Assembly: GCF_009914755.1 (NCBI RefSeq)
Contig: NC_060935.1
DNA: 64,000 nt
Strand: one strand, 5' to 3'
From: the human T2T-CHM13v2.0 reference genome, Homo sapiens
Shown: positions 49,891-64,000 of the stretch, piece by piece
How positions within the stretch are numbered: position 1 is the first letter of the stretch
How the letters are laid out: each line of letters starts with the position of its first letter
Made by a program: the position numbers and the translations under genes
The notes under the pieces: model-generated
Told to the model about the DNA's origin: nothing
Database searches by the model: none
The model's input: the letters and a program-made list of their open reading frames with translations, nothing else

Positions 49891-52204
49891 TATATTACTT
49901 CTTTTTCACGTTGCTGATAAAGACATACCCAAGACTGGGCAATTTACATAAGAAAGAGGTTTAATTGGACTTACAGTTCCATGTGGCTGGGGAAGCCTCA
50001 CAGTCATGATGAAAGGCAAGGAGGAGCAAGTCCCATCTTACATGGATGGCAGCAGGCAAAGAGAGAATGAGGAAGATGCAAAAGCAGAAACCCCTGATCA
50101 AACCATCAGATTTTGTGAGACTTATTCACTACCATGAGAACAGTATGGGAGAAACCACCCCCATGATTCAGTTATCTCCCACCAGGTCCCTCCCCCAACA
50201 TGTGAGAATTATGAGAGTAGAATTCAAGATGAGATTTGGGTGGGGACACAGAGCCAAACCATATCATTCCGCACCTGGCTCCTGCCAAATCTAATGTCCT
50301 CACATTTCAAAACCAGTCATGCCTTCCCAACAGTCCCCAAAAGTCTTAACTCATTTCAGCATTAACTCAAAAGTCCACAGTCCAAAGTCTCACCTGACAC
50401 AAGGCAAGTCCTTTCCACCTATGAGCCTGTAAAATCAAAACCAAGCTAGTTGTTTCCTAGATACAATGGGGGTCCATGGACATTGGATAAATATAACCGT
50501 TTCAAATGGCAGAAATTGGCCAAAACAAAAAGGCTACAGGGCCTATGCAAGTCCAAAATCCAGCAGGGCCATCAAATCTTATAGCTCCAAAATTATCTCC
50601 TTTGACTCTATGTCTCACATCCAGGTTATGCTGAGGCAAGTGGTGAGTTCCCATGGTTTTGGGCAGCTCTGCCCCTGTGGCTTTTCAGGGTACAATCTCC
50701 TTCCTGGCTGCTTTCATGGGCTGGCATTGAGTGTCTGTGGCTTTTTCAGGCACTAAGTGCAAGCTTTCAGTGGATCTATCATTCTGGGATCTGGAGGATG
50801 GCGGTCCCCTTCTCACAGCTCCACTAGGTGGTACTCCAGTAGGGACTCTGTGTGGGGCCTCTGACCCCACATTTCCCTTCCACACTGCCCTAGCAGAGGT
50901 TCTCCTTGAGAGCCCCACCTCTGTAGCAAACTTCTGCCTGTGCATCCAGGCATTTCCTTACATCTTCTGAAATCTAGGCGGAGGTTTCCAAACCTCAATT
51001 ATTGACTTCAGTGTACCCACAGGCTCAACACCACATGGAAGCTGCCAAGGCTTGGGGCTTACACCATCTGACGCCACAGCTGGAGCTCTACATTGGTCCC
51101 TTTAAGCCACAGTTGGAACAGCTGGGACACAGGGAACCAAGTCCCTAGACTGCACACAGCACTAGGACCCTGGGCCTGGCCCACAAAAACACTTTTTCCT
51201 CCTGGCTTCTGGGCCTGTGATGGGAGAGGCTGCCCTGAAAACCTCTGACATGCCCTGAAGACATTTTCCCCATCGCCTTGGGGATAACATTCGGCTCCTC
51301 ATTATTTATGCAAATTTCTGCAGGAGGCTTGAATTTCTCCTCAGAAAATGGGATTTTCTTTTCTACCTCACATTGTCAGGCTGCAAATTTTTCAAACTTT
51401 TATGCTCTGTTTCCCTTTTAAAATGAATGTTTTTAACAGTACCCAAGCCACCTTTTGAATGCTTTGCTGCATAGAAATTTCTTCCACCAGATACCCTAAA
51501 TCATTTTTCTCAAATTCAAAGTTCCACACGTCTCTAAGGCACAGGCAAAATGCCACCAGTCTCTTTGCTAAAACATAACAGGAGTCACTTTTGCTCCAAT
51601 TCCCAACAAGTTCCTCATCTCCATCCAAGACCACCTCAGCCTTACTGTCCATATCACTATCAGCATTTTGGCCAAAGCCATTCAACAAGTCTCCAGGGAG
51701 TTCCAAACTTCCCCACATTTTCCTGTCTTCTTCTGAGCCCTCCAAACTGTTTCAACCTTTGCTTGCTACCCAGTTCCAAAGTCAGTTCCACTGAAAAGTC
51801 ATACCTTTTCAGCAACAGTCCTCTCTACCTGTACCAATTTACTGTATTAGTCCGTTTTCATGCTGCTGATAAAGACATACCCGAGACTGAGCAATTTATG
51901 AAAGAAGGAGGTTTAGTTCATGTGGCTGGGGAAGCCTCACAATCATGATGGAAGGCAAGGAGGAGTAAGTCCCGCCTTTCGTGGATGGCAGCAGGCAAAG
52001 AGAGAATGAAGAAGACACAGAAGCAGAAACCTCTGATCAAACCATCAGCTCTTGTGAGACTTATTCACTGTCATGAGAACAGTATGGAGGAAACCGCCCC
52101 CATGATTCAGGATCTCTCACCAGTTCCTTCCCACAACACAGGGAAATTATGAGAGTAGAATTCAAGATGAGATTTGGGCCAGGATACAGAGCCAAACCAT
52201 ATAA
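49891..52204 (-). mobile_element. Complete THE1A MaLR provirus (LTR 49891-50266, internal 50267-51842, LTR 51843-52204)
   Basis: Two LTRs with THE1A-type gaatgaggaagatgcaaaagc; ~1.58 kb internal region; 5-bp TSD TATGG at 49886-49890 and 52205-52209. Confidence 0.92.
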
Positions 52205-52458
52205 TATGGTAAAATGTGTCTAAGCCTAAAACTATTGAGAGCAGTGTCTGTCACATGGCATATACCTCTAAAATGTTAGCAGTGATTAATTGCCACTATA
52301 AGTCAATGTTTTATCTCATGAGTGTATGTGCTTTAATATATGATGAATACAAGCAAAGTCAAATATTCAATATTAGTTTTTTTCATTTTCTTAGGTCTAA
52401 TACCCAGATTCTTTGTTTTCTAGACTTTTAGGTGTCATGGCCATGACAGTTATATTAA

Positions 52459-52807
52459 TGACTTAGAGCATTTGTGCTCTCATATTAAAATATTATAGAC
52501 TGGGTAATTTATAAACAACAGAAATTTATTGGTCACATTCCTGTAGGCTTGGGAGTTCAAGATCAAGGTGCCAGTAGATTCAATGTCTGGTGAGGGGTCT
52601 ATTCCTCATAGATGGTTCCTTCTGTGTCCTTACTTGGCAGAAGGGCCAAGACAGCTCCCTTCAACTTATATTTTAAGGGCACTTATCTGATTCATGAAGA
52701 TGGAGTTCCCATGACTTAATCACCTCTAAAAATGCCCACTTTTTAATACCATCACAATAGGGGTTAGTTCCATGAATTTTAGAGGGACACACATTCAAAC
52801 AATAGCA
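52459..52807 (-). mobile_element. MLT1A/MSTD-type solo LTR
   Basis: gactgggtaatttataaacaacagaaatttatt..acattcaaacaatagca. Confidence 0.75.
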
Positions 52808-53976
52808 GTTGTAGTCACCTTCTTTAGGTAAAATTTTTGTTTAATAATTTAAAGAGCATTACTTAATGATCAATATCCATGTACTAGTTTCAGTGCTATG
52901 AAATATCTACATATGACTTATTTTAATCCTTATATCAATCCTGTAAATTAGGTAGAACAGATAAAAACAAATAAACCTGAATTAGAGAGGATAAAAGAAC
53001 AACCTAAACTGAAACACACAACCAGTAAGTGAACAGAGTTGTGCTTGAACTCCAAGCAAAAACTGCTTTTTAATCATATAATATGACCAACTTCCAGCTT
53101 ATTCTGAAGTCCCAGGATTCACATGGCAGTGTGAGCAGACAGATTTTCTTAGCGGAAGCAGTAGGATTTATTTCCTTTCTCTAGTGGTCCCCATTTCCAA
53201 CCCTTTCATTCTAAAAAGTATTTCCCCACCCAGATGGGCTATCACTTCCAGACCTCTGCTGAGGCCTTTTCTCTTCATACTGATCATTTGCCCTTTTCAC
53301 TGTGGCAGAATTTCCCACTCCACTCCACAGGTTACCTTCTTATTGTTATTTTCTTCTATCTCCTAAGAGAATGTGACTTCATCACATTCTGGGTCTTTCT
53401 CATATATCTCAGCCATGAAATTTACACCTAGGACCCTTTGGCCTGCTTTACAAATGTTTATCCCAGCACCCATAAGAAGATATTCTACAAGCTTATTTAT
53501 TGTTTGCACAAAAACAATGCATGAAAAACTGAAGAGTCTATTTTCTGTAAAGGCAAACAAAGGTACAAAGGTATTGAGTTTCTTTTACAGTATTGTTTTT
53601 CCTTTTTTTTTTTTTTGTTACAACCTGTTGAGGTGCACTTGAGTCTGTTCAGAATTAACAAGCCTCAGCAGGAATGTTGCCAATTTCCTTTGCAAAAGAA
53701 TAGCAAAGAAAATCGGGTTTGTGGGGTTTTAATATTTGAGCTTTGCTGTTCTTGTTTGTATCTTTATTTATCCTTTAACAAATACTAAATATTAACTATT
53801 TCATCCGTTAAAGGACAGAATAAAATTGAGGCAATATTTGCTCAAATTCTGGCAGATTCTAAAATATCCTTATATCTTGATGAGGAGGTATAGTGGGCAT
53901 AGCTGAGAGACAGCAGAGAAGAATAAAGGTGATATGGAGAGGAGTCAGGGAGCAGTAAGACTATTGAAAGAATTGC

Positions 53977-54280
53977 GGCCAGGCACAGTGGCTCATGCCT
54001 ATAATCCTAGCACTTTGGGAGACCAAGTGGGGTGGTCACTTGATCCCAGGACTTTGAGACAAGCCTGGGCAACATGGTGAAACACTGTCTCTACTAAAAA
54101 TACAAAAAATTAGCTTGGCATGATGGCTCATACTTGTAGTTCCAGCTGCTCGAGAGACTGAGGTGGGAGGATAACCTGAGCCCCATAAGTGGAGGCTGCA
54201 GTGAGCTGTGATGGCACTCCAACCTGGGAGATGGGAGTATGACCTTGTCTCAAAAAAACAAACAAACAAACAAACAAAAA
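53977..54280 (+). mobile_element. AluJ with (CAAA)n tail
   Basis: Diverged dimer. Confidence 0.88.
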
Positions 54281-55054
54281 CTGCCCAGGTGTTATAGCAG
54301 GGATTATCAAATTGAGGAGTAGGGGATAAAAATGATATATGGAAGACTAACAGGAATTCAGAAGTGGAGATATGGACGAATTTGAAAACACGTTTGAGAT
54401 TATAATATATTTTTATATATGAGAAACATAAAGAAAGAAAAATCTGAATACCTTGCTCAGAGAAATGTTTTGAGTGAAAACTGAAGAGTTACAAAAAGCT
54501 TGAGAAGCACTGCTTTAGAGAATCTGTGTGCTTAATTAAATAATACTTAAATAATTTGATTCAAATCTGACATAACTGATTGCATTTGCCTGCTCTAAAT
54601 TCTTTATTATAGTAGGAAGATTTGCAATTACATAATTTTAAATACAGCATTACCCAGCAGTGACCTTATGATGTGTGAAGCAAGATGTAATCAGGGTTTT
54701 CCTATAAGAGAAGAATAAAAAAGAAAGAAAATCCTTATGTTCTAAACTAGCACTTTTAACATCTCTCACTTAGCAAGCTGAGTGTTGATTATATTAATAG
54801 AATTAATTGAGTAGATAAGAAAGGCAATTGTCTGATAAATTCTTGGCTTATGTTTTTTAGAAGAGCATTATTTTTTTAACAGAGGATTACAACTGTGTAT
54901 AATGAAATAACTTCCTGTAATTATCAACAAAGCCATAAGTTCCCTTGTTTATCTTCTTTCAGATCAGGGATGCAGTATAGCATAGTAATAAAACTTTTGC
55001 TCTCAAGTGAGACTGCCTGGGTTTGAATCCTCTTTTCAAAACTCTCCTATGATC

Positions 55055-55216
55055 ATGGTGGCGTGTGCCTGTAGTCCCAGCTACTAGGGAAGCTGAGGCA
55101 GAAGAAAGAAGAATCGCTTGAACCTGGGAGGCAGACGTTGCAGTAAGCCGAGATGATTCCACTGCCCTCCAGCCTGGCGACAGAGCTAGATTCCGTCTCA
55201 AAAACAAAAACAAACA
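55055..55216 (+). mobile_element. 5'-truncated Alu right arm (AluSc-like)
   Basis: cctggcgacagagc 1-bp deletion diagnostic. Confidence 0.8.
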
Positions 55217-55394
55217 GTACATTATTTTAGGGCTACCCACAAAAAGATCATGCGGAGGCAATGAATTAGTCTCAGGAAGGTTGCCAATCTTATTCCCCAC
55301 TATTTATGCAGCAAAAGACTACACTTCTGCTTTGGAGATACTTCAGAAAATGCTGAAAAGAAGAAATACTGAACCTCCATGGAATATTCTCTCT

Positions 55395-55920
55395 GATTAT
55401 AAATTATTCTACTGTGAAGACACATGCATACGTATGTTTATTGCAGCAATATTTACAATAGCAAAGACGTGAAACTAACCCAAATGCCCATCAATGATAG
55501 ACTGGATAAAGAAAATGTGGCACAGATACACCATGGAATACTATGCAGCCATAAAAAAGAATGAGTTCATGTCGTTTGCAAGGACATGGATGAAGCTGGA
55601 AACTATCATTCTCAGCAAACTAACACAGGAACAGAAAATCAAACACTGCATGTTCTCACTCATAAGTGGGAGTTGAACAGTGAGAACATATGGACACAGG
55701 GAGTGGAACATCACACACTGGGGCCTGTTGAGGGGTGGGGGGCAAGGTGAGAGAGAACATTAGGACAAATACCTAATGCATGCAGGGCTTAAAACCTGGA
55801 TGATGGGATGATCGGTGCAGCAAACCACCATGGCACATGTATACCTATGTTAACAAACCTGCACATTCTGCACATGTATCTTGGAACTTAAAGTAAAATA
55901 AAAATTAAAAAAAAAAGAAA
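55395..55920 (+). mobile_element. 5'-truncated L1PA (about PA8-PA11) 3' end with A tail
   Basis: ORF 55494..55676 is the ORF2p C-terminus; 3'UTR atgcagggcttaaaacct. Confidence 0.85.
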
Positions 55921-55924
55921 AGAG

Positions 55925-57020
55925 AATCAACTGAGTATACATTGCATGAATTTCTTTCTGAATTCTTTTATTCCGTTCTACTGATCTATTTGTTTTTCTT
56001 TATGCCAGTTCCACAGTAGCTAGATCATTATAGGTTTATAATAAGTTTATAATGAGGAAGTGTAAATCCTCCAACTTTATTCTTCTTTTTCAATGTTGCT
56101 TTGGGTATACCAGGTCCTTTTCTTTTCCTATTAGCTTTAGAATTGTCAGTTTCTCCAAAACCTCTTCCTAGATTTTGAGTGGTATGGCAGTAATCCGTAG
56201 ATCAATCTTGGAGAATGATATCTTAATAATATTGATTCTTCTGATTCATGAACAATATATCTCTCATTTCTATAAGTCTTTAAATTCTGTCTGCAGTGTT
56301 CTGTATCTTTCAGTATAAAAGCTTTACAGATCTGCCAGGCGCAGTGGCTCAAGCTTGTAATCCCAGCACTTTAGGAGGCTGAGGCGGGTGGATCATTTGA
56401 GGTCAGGAGTTCCAGTCCAGCCTGGCCAACATGGTGAGACCCCATCTCTACTAAAAATACAAAAATTAGCTGGGTGTGGTGGTGTGCTCCTGTAATCCCT
56501 GCTATTCGGCAGTCTGAGGCAGGAGAATGGCTTGAACCCAGGAGACAGTTTGGAGTGAGCCAAGATGGCACCACTGCACTCCAGCCTGGGCGATGGAGTG
56601 AGAGTCTGTCTCAAAAAAAAAAAAAAAAAAAAAAGGTAATTTTCCCTGTTATTTTATGTTTTAAAATATGTGGTATTTTTCAAATATATATATATTTCAA
56701 TTTGTTTTTGTTGATAAATAGAAATGCAACTGGTGTGTATATGGTGACATGTCCTGATAGCTTGATGAATTCTTTTATTAATTTTATTATTTATTGTGTG
56801 GATTCCTTGGAAATTTTTGTCACTGTTCAGATACACAATGTAGTTGTTTGTGAATCGGGACACTTGTCTTCTTTCTTTCCAACTGTAACCCCTTTTAGTT
56901 ATTTCTCTTGTCTTATTGTTCTGGCTAAGACAGTCAATACAGTGCTACACACAAGTGGTGATAGTGGACATTCTTGCCTTTTTCTTGATCTTAGGAGGAG
57001 AACATTCAGTTTTTTAATTG
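55925..57020 (-). mobile_element. Old L1M ORF2 fragment
   Basis: Degenerate antisense ORF2 (gtagatcaatcttggagaa; gtggtgatagtggacattcttgcc). Confidence 0.65.
56333..56634 (+). mobile_element. AluSx/Sz-like
   Basis: Full dimer with a pure A tail. Confidence 0.92.
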
Positions 57021-57279
57021 ACTTTTTTCTGGCTGTTTCACTTTGGACATATCTCCACACTCAGCCTCCTTTTTCTTGTGCTCAATTGGAGAGAATTGAA
57101 ATAGATCATCTTTCATAACCCTTTCAAATATAATATTTCAAAACTCTGATATTCACTTGTACAAGCGTCTTTCAGGCTATGTAATGATTCTTTCTTGCAG
57201 AGCTACAGTGAGTGCATTGATACGATAAATTTATGTGTATGTGTACATATATAAAATACAAAACTAAGTATCACATATA

Positions 57280-57760
57280 ATCATAAAAGAACTCTCCTAT
57301 GATCTTGAGGTAGTCACTTCAGTTTTCTAAGTCTCAGTTTCCTCATGTGCAAAATGGACGTGATGATAGCACAAATCTTATAAGATTGCAGTGAATATTA
57401 ATTGAGATAATTTAAAAATGCTTTAGTAAAGGACCCAAGACAATAAAGCTCTCAATAAATGTTTTATAATCCTTTCCATATAGCTTATCTATGCCAAGGT
57501 CATGAAGAACATATTGCACCTTTTGTCTCAGCCTTAATGAAAAAATCATGCTCTATAATGCACATTAAATGAGAATTAGAAAGTCCAGGGTTTGAGTTCA
57601 GTATTCTCAATTTACTTCTAAATAAGTTTGAAAAAGTCATTTAACTTCCCTGACTTTCATATTTCTGTTTGTAAAATAAAAATAATAATAGCATGTTGGG
57701 AAGGCTTTTGTAAAAATTAAATGATCCAGGTTCACCTGCAACATAGTGGCACTCAATTAA
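57280..57760 (+). mobile_element. Two MIR fragments
   Basis: ctcagtttcctcatgtgcaaaatgg and tttcatatttctgtttgtaaaat cores. Confidence 0.55.
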
Positions 57761-60742
57761 CAGACACTCTCTTCCTTTTGTTTGGTCTTTCCTAAATATT
57801 GCTGTAGAAATATACTACTAAATATTCATAGGAGGTATCACTTTAAAATCAAATTGGAAATAAAATCAAAACATGCAAAAATGTTTTGTATGTTAAAATT
57901 TATTTGAATTTATAGAAATAAAAGAAAATGCTCTTCTTAAATAATAATTCATCTGGATCTTATTGTGTAACTAAATGATGATTTTGAGGCCAGCATCTCT
58001 TCTCACATGTGTGAACCAGAATTTTTTAAATTCCTTAAAAAGATCTAAATCAGCACTTGTGAGCATGCTGACCAGAGCTGTCATAAACTGAAACACAAAT
58101 GTTCTTCAGCCTCTGCAGCTGATGCAGGTTGAAAGCTCAGTGACTTCTGATTAGGGGCAGGAAAAACTAGTGTCTCTGATGGCTGGCATGGAGCAAGATG
58201 GCTGAATTGAAGCCTAAACTGATCATCCTCCCAACAGAAACATCAAATTTACAACTATATACACCAAAAAAGCACCTTCATAAGAACCAAAAATCAGGTA
58301 CCAGCTCAGCCACAATGAGATAGAGCAGTAAGAGGGCTTTTGGGGTCCCCAGTTCAATGCCATGGCTCTTGGATGGCATTTCTGGATTAGCCCTAGGTCA
58401 GATGGGAGCCCACTCTCCTGAGGGGTGAGTCTCAGGCCTGGCAGCATTCATCACAAGCCGACTGAAGAGCCCTTGGGACTTAAGGTAACATCAGCAGCAG
58501 CCTGGAAGTATTTCCCATGGGCTGTAGTGGCCACGGAGGGAGGCTCATCTGTCTGTGGAAAGGGAAGGGAAGAGTGAGGAGGACTTTGTCTCCTCATTTG
58601 AATAACAGCTTAGCCATAGCACAATAGAGCACCAGGAAGATTTCTAAGGCTTTTGACTCCAGTGTCTGACTCCAGATGGCATCTCAGGACCTATCTGGGG
58701 AATAGGGGAACTTGCCACACTGAAGAGAAGAATACAGCCTGACTGGCTCCAATACCTGCTTATTGTACAGCCTCAGGACCTTGAGTAAACATAGGTAGTA
58801 ATCAAGGGGTGGTTCCACAAGCCTTGGGCAAGACTCAATGCTGTGCTGGCTTCATGTCTGACCCAGTGCAATCCCAGTGGTGGTGACCACTGGGGTGCTT
58901 GCATCACCACACAACTAGTTCCAGGTGACTCAGCACAGAGATAGACAGAGAGACACTGTTTCTGAGAAAGTAAAGGAAGAGAACAAGAGTCTCTACCTGA
59001 TAATCCAGAGAATTCTTCTGGATCTTACCTAAGAACACCAAGGTAGTACCTATGATTCTGCAAGAACCACAGCATTACGGGTCTGGGAGTGCCTTCTAAT
59101 GCAGATACAGTTTAGATCACAAAATACAAGTTTTAGAATACCTAGAAGGCCTTCCCAAGAATGACGGATACAAAAAAGCCCAGACTGCAAAGACTACAAT
59201 AAATAATGAACTCTTCTATACTGACAGATACTGACAAACGGCCACAATCATCAAGACCATACAGGAAAACATAACATCACTCAATAAACAAAATAAGGCA
59301 CCAGGAATGAATGCTTAAGAAACAGAAATATGTGACTTTTCAGAAAGAGAATTCAAAACAGTTGTTTTGAGGAAACTCTCAAAAAAATTCAAGGTAATGC
59401 AGAGAAGGAATTAATAATTCTATCAGATAAATTTAACAAAGAGATTTAAAAAATTAAAAAGAATAAAGCAGAAAATTTGGAGCTGAAAAATGCAATTGAC
59501 ATACTGAAAAATACAACAGAGACTCTTAATAAGAGAATTGATCAAGCAGAAGAAAGAATTAATGAACTTGAAGATGGGCTATTTGTAAATACACAGTCAG
59601 AGGAGACAAAAGTAAAAAGAACAAAAAACAATGAAGCACTCCTATAAGATCTAGAACATATCCATAAACAGGCAAATCTAAGATTTATTGTCTTTAAGAA
59701 GGAGGTAGAGAGAGAAGTGAGTGTAGAAAGTTTATTTCAAAGAATAATAACAAAGAACTTCCCAAACCTATAGAAAAATATCAATATTCAAGTATAAGAT
59801 AGTTATAGAACACCGAGCAGATTTAACCCAAAGAAGACTACCTTAAGGCCTTTAATAATCAAACTCCCAAAGGTCAAGGTTGAAGAAAAAATTCTAAAAG
59901 GAGCAAGTGTAAAGAAACAAATAACATAAAATTGAGCTCCAATACATCTGGCAGCAGACTTCTCAGTGGAAACCATAGAGGCTAGGAGAGAGTAGCATGA
60001 CATTTTTAAAGTGCTGAAGGAGAAAAAACTTTCACCCTAGAATAGAATTTACAGTGAAATATTCTTCAGACATGAAGGAGGAATAAAGAATTTCCCAGAC
60101 CAACAAAACCTGAGGGATTTCATCAACACCAGACCTGTACTATAAGCAATACTAAAGAAACCTCTTCAATCAGAAGAAAAGGATGTTAATGAGCAATGAG
60201 TAGTCATGTAAAGGTACAAAACTCACTGGTAATAGTAAGTATACAGAAAAACACAGAACATTGTAACACTGAAATTGTGGTGTTTACTCAAGTAGAAAGA
60301 ATAAAATATGAACCAATAAAAATGATAACTACAACAACTTTTCAAGATATAGACAGTACAATAAGATATAAATAGGAACAACAAAAATTTTAAAAGCAGG
60401 GGGATGAGGTTAAAGTGTAGAGATTTTATTAGTTTTTTTTGTTTATTTGTTTAGTCAATAGATGTTAAATTGTCATTCGTTTAAAATAATGGGTTATAAG
60501 ATAGCATTTGCAAACATCATGGTAACCTCAAATAAAAAAATATACAACAGATACACAAAAAATAAAAAGCAATGAATTAAATTATACCATCAAAGAAAAT
60601 CACCTTCATTAAATAGAAGAGAAGAAGAATGAGAAGAAGAAAGAGAAGGGGAAAAAACAACAAGAAAACCAATAACAAAATGGCAGGAGTAAGTTCTTAC
60701 TTACCAATAATAACATTGAACATAAACAGACTAAACTCTTCA

Positions 60743-61080
<338 letters not shown>

Positions 61081-61090
61081 AAGAAAAATT

Positions 61091-61366
61091 GGCCAGGTGC
61101 AGTGGCTCATGCCTATAACCCCAGCACTTTGGGAGGCCAAGGCAGGTGGATCACGAGGTCAGGAGATTGAGGACCATCCTAGTCAACATAGTGAAACCCT
61201 GTCTCTAGTAAAAATACAAAAAAATTAGCTGGGCATGGTGGTGCACACCTGTAGTCTCAAATACTTTGGAGGATGAGGCAGGAGAATAACTTGAATCTGG
61301 GAGGCAGAAGTTGTAATGAGCTGAAATATCATACCACTGCACTCCAGCCTGGCAACAGAGCAAGAC

Positions 61367-61394
<28 letters not shown>
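61091..61394 (+). mobile_element. AluSc-like, inserted in the tail of the preceding Alu
   Basis: ggatcacgaggtcaggagattg and cctggcaacagagc diagnostics; long A tail. Confidence 0.9.
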
Positions 61395-61397
<3 letters not shown>

Positions 61398-64000
61398 AAG
61401 GAAGGAAGGAAAAAGAACAACAACAACAACAACAAAAGAAACACACTTCACCTATAAGGTCACATATAGACTGACAATAAAGGGATGGTAAAAAATATTC
61501 CATGTCAAGGGAAACTAAAATTGATCAGAGGTAGCTACAGTTAAATCAGACAAAATAGATTTCAGGATAAAAAAAATGTAAGAAGAGGCAAAGAAGGTCA
61601 CTATATAATGATAAATAAGTCAATTCAGCAAGAAGATACAACAATTTTAAATAAATATAAACCCAACACTGGCGCACACAGATATATAAAGCAAATATTA
61701 TTAGAGCTAAAAAAAAAAGAGAAAAGCCCCCAGACAATAACAGCTGGAGACTTCAACACCCCACTTTCAGCATTAGACAGATCATCCAAAGAGAAAATCA
61801 ACAAAGAAACATGAGACTTAATCTGCACTATAGACCAAATGGACCCAATTGATGTTTATAGAACATTTTATCCAAGAGCGTGAAATACACATTTGTTTCC
61901 TCTGTGCATGGATCACTCTCAAGAATAGGCCATATATTAGGCCACAAAACAAGTCTTAAAATATTCAAAACAATTGAAATTTTATCAAGCAGTTTCTCTG
62001 TCCACAATGGAATAAAAGTAGAAATCAATAATAAGAGGAATTTTTGAAACTATACAAACACATGGAAATTGAACAATATGCTCCTGATGACCAACGGATC
62101 AATGAAGAAATTAAGATGAAAATTATAAATGTCCTTGAAACAAATAGTAATGGAATTACAATATGCTGAAACATAGGAGATAAAATGAAACCAGTGCTAA
62201 GAGGGAAATTTACAGCTATAAGTGCCTACATCAAAAAAGAAGAAATATTTCAAATAACTAGTCTAACGATGTATCTTAAAGAACTGGAATACCACGAGTA
62301 AACCAAACTCAAAATCAATAGGAAAAAAGAAATAATAAAAATTAAACATAAATAAATGAAATGAAGAAAACATTGTAAAGATCAACAAAATAAAAAGTTG
62401 GTTTCTTGAAAATACAAACAAAAGTCACAAGTCTTTAGCCAGACTCACTGAAAAACGAAAGAAGTCTCAAATAAATAAAATCAGAGATGAAAAAAGAGAT
62501 ATTAGAATGAATACCACAGAAATTCAAAGGATCATTAGTGGCAACTATGAGCAACTATATGCAAATAAATTGAAAAATCTAGAAGAAACGGACAAATTCC
62601 TAGACACATACAATCTACCAAGATTGAACCATGAAGAAATTCAAAACCTGAAGAGACAAATAATAAGTAACAAGATCAAAGCCATAATCAAGTCTCCCAG
62701 CAAAGAAAAACTTGGGACCTGGTGCTTCACTGCTGAATTCTACCAAACATTTAAAGAAGAACTAATACCAATCCTACTCAAACTATTCCAAAAAATAAAG
62801 GAGGAAGGAATACATCCAAACTCATTCTGCAAGGCCAGTATTACCTTGATACCAAAACCAGGCAAAGACACATTAAAAAGATAAGTTCAACAACACATTA
62901 ATAAGATCATTCGTTGGAAGAATCAGTATTGTTAAAATGTTCATACTACCCAAAGCAGTCTACAAATTCAATGCAGTTCCTATCAAATTACCAATGACCT
63001 TCTCACAGAAATAGAAAAAAAAAATTCCAAAATTTATATGGAATCATAAAAGACCCAGAATAGCTAAAGCTATCCTGAGCAAAAAGAATAGTACTGGAGG
63101 AATCACAATAGTAACCAAAACAACATGGTACTGGCATAAAAACAGACACATAGACCAAGGGAACAGAATAAAACCCCAGGGACAAATTCAAACATCTACA
63201 GTGAACTCATTTTCAAAAAGATGCCAGGAACATATTTTGGGGAAAGAACAGTATCTTCAATAAATGGTGCTTGGAAAACTGGATATCTACATGTAAAAGA
63301 ATGAAACTAGATCTTTATGTCTCACCATATACAAAAAAATGAAATACAACATGAATTAGATACTTAAAACTAAAACTTAAACTATGACACTACTAAAATT
63401 AAACACTGGGGAGACTCTCCAGGACACTGAACTAAGCAAAAATTTCCTGAGTAATACCCCACAGGCAACCAAAGCAAAAATGGACAAATGGGATCACATT
63501 AAGTTAAAAAGCTTTTCCATAGCAAAGGAAACAATCAACTAAGAAACAACCCACAAAATGGGAGAAAATTTTTGCAAACTATCCATCTAACAATGGATTA
63601 ATGACCAGAATATACAAGGAGCTTAAATAACTCTACCAAAAAAATCAAATAATCCAATTAAAAATGGGCCAAATATCTGAATAGATATTTCGCAAAAGAA
63701 GTCATACAAATAGCAAACAGGTATGTGAAAAGGCACTCAATATTATTGATTATCAGAAAAATGCAAATCTAAATGACAATGAGATATCATCTCAACCTAG
63801 TTAAAATGGCTTTTATCCAAAAGACAGGCAATAACAAAAGCTGGAGAAGATGCAGAGAAAAGGAAACCCTTGAACACTCTTGGTGGGAATGTAAATTAGT
63901 ACAGCCACCATGGATAACAGCTTGGAGGTTCCTGAAAAAACTAAAAATAGAGCAACCAAAAGATCCAGCAATCTCACTGCTAGGTATATACCCAAAAGGA

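Noticed and set aside
56474-57118. 214-aa ORF
   Set aside because: Chance read-through of an Alu arm, its poly(A) and antisense L1M.

Overview
This is AT-rich, repeat-dense primate (human-like) DNA, intergenic or intronic. I recognise no host protein-coding exon, RNA gene or prokaryotic system. Most of the window is retroelement: one full-length but dead L1PA5/6 (5732-11872), three old internally deleted L1M elements, a complete THE1A provirus, a nested MLT1/MST MaLR stack, solo LTRs, about 16 Alu/FLAM copies, and MIR/L2 relics. The most unusual signal is a cluster of DNA-repair scars in the first 11 kb. (1) A ~190 bp templated copy of nearby sequence sits in the centre of a 16-bp palindrome (3190-3400). 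(2) That copy preserves the empty site of a later L1 insertion (1090-2368), an internal ORF2 fragment with no poly(A) and no TSD. (3) The fragment carries a 142-bp tract identical to the inverted neighbouring L1, suggesting gene conversion. I found no new biological system I can support. Subfamily names come from recalled consensus sequences and need RepeatMasker/Dfam confirmation; boundaries of old elements are approximate.
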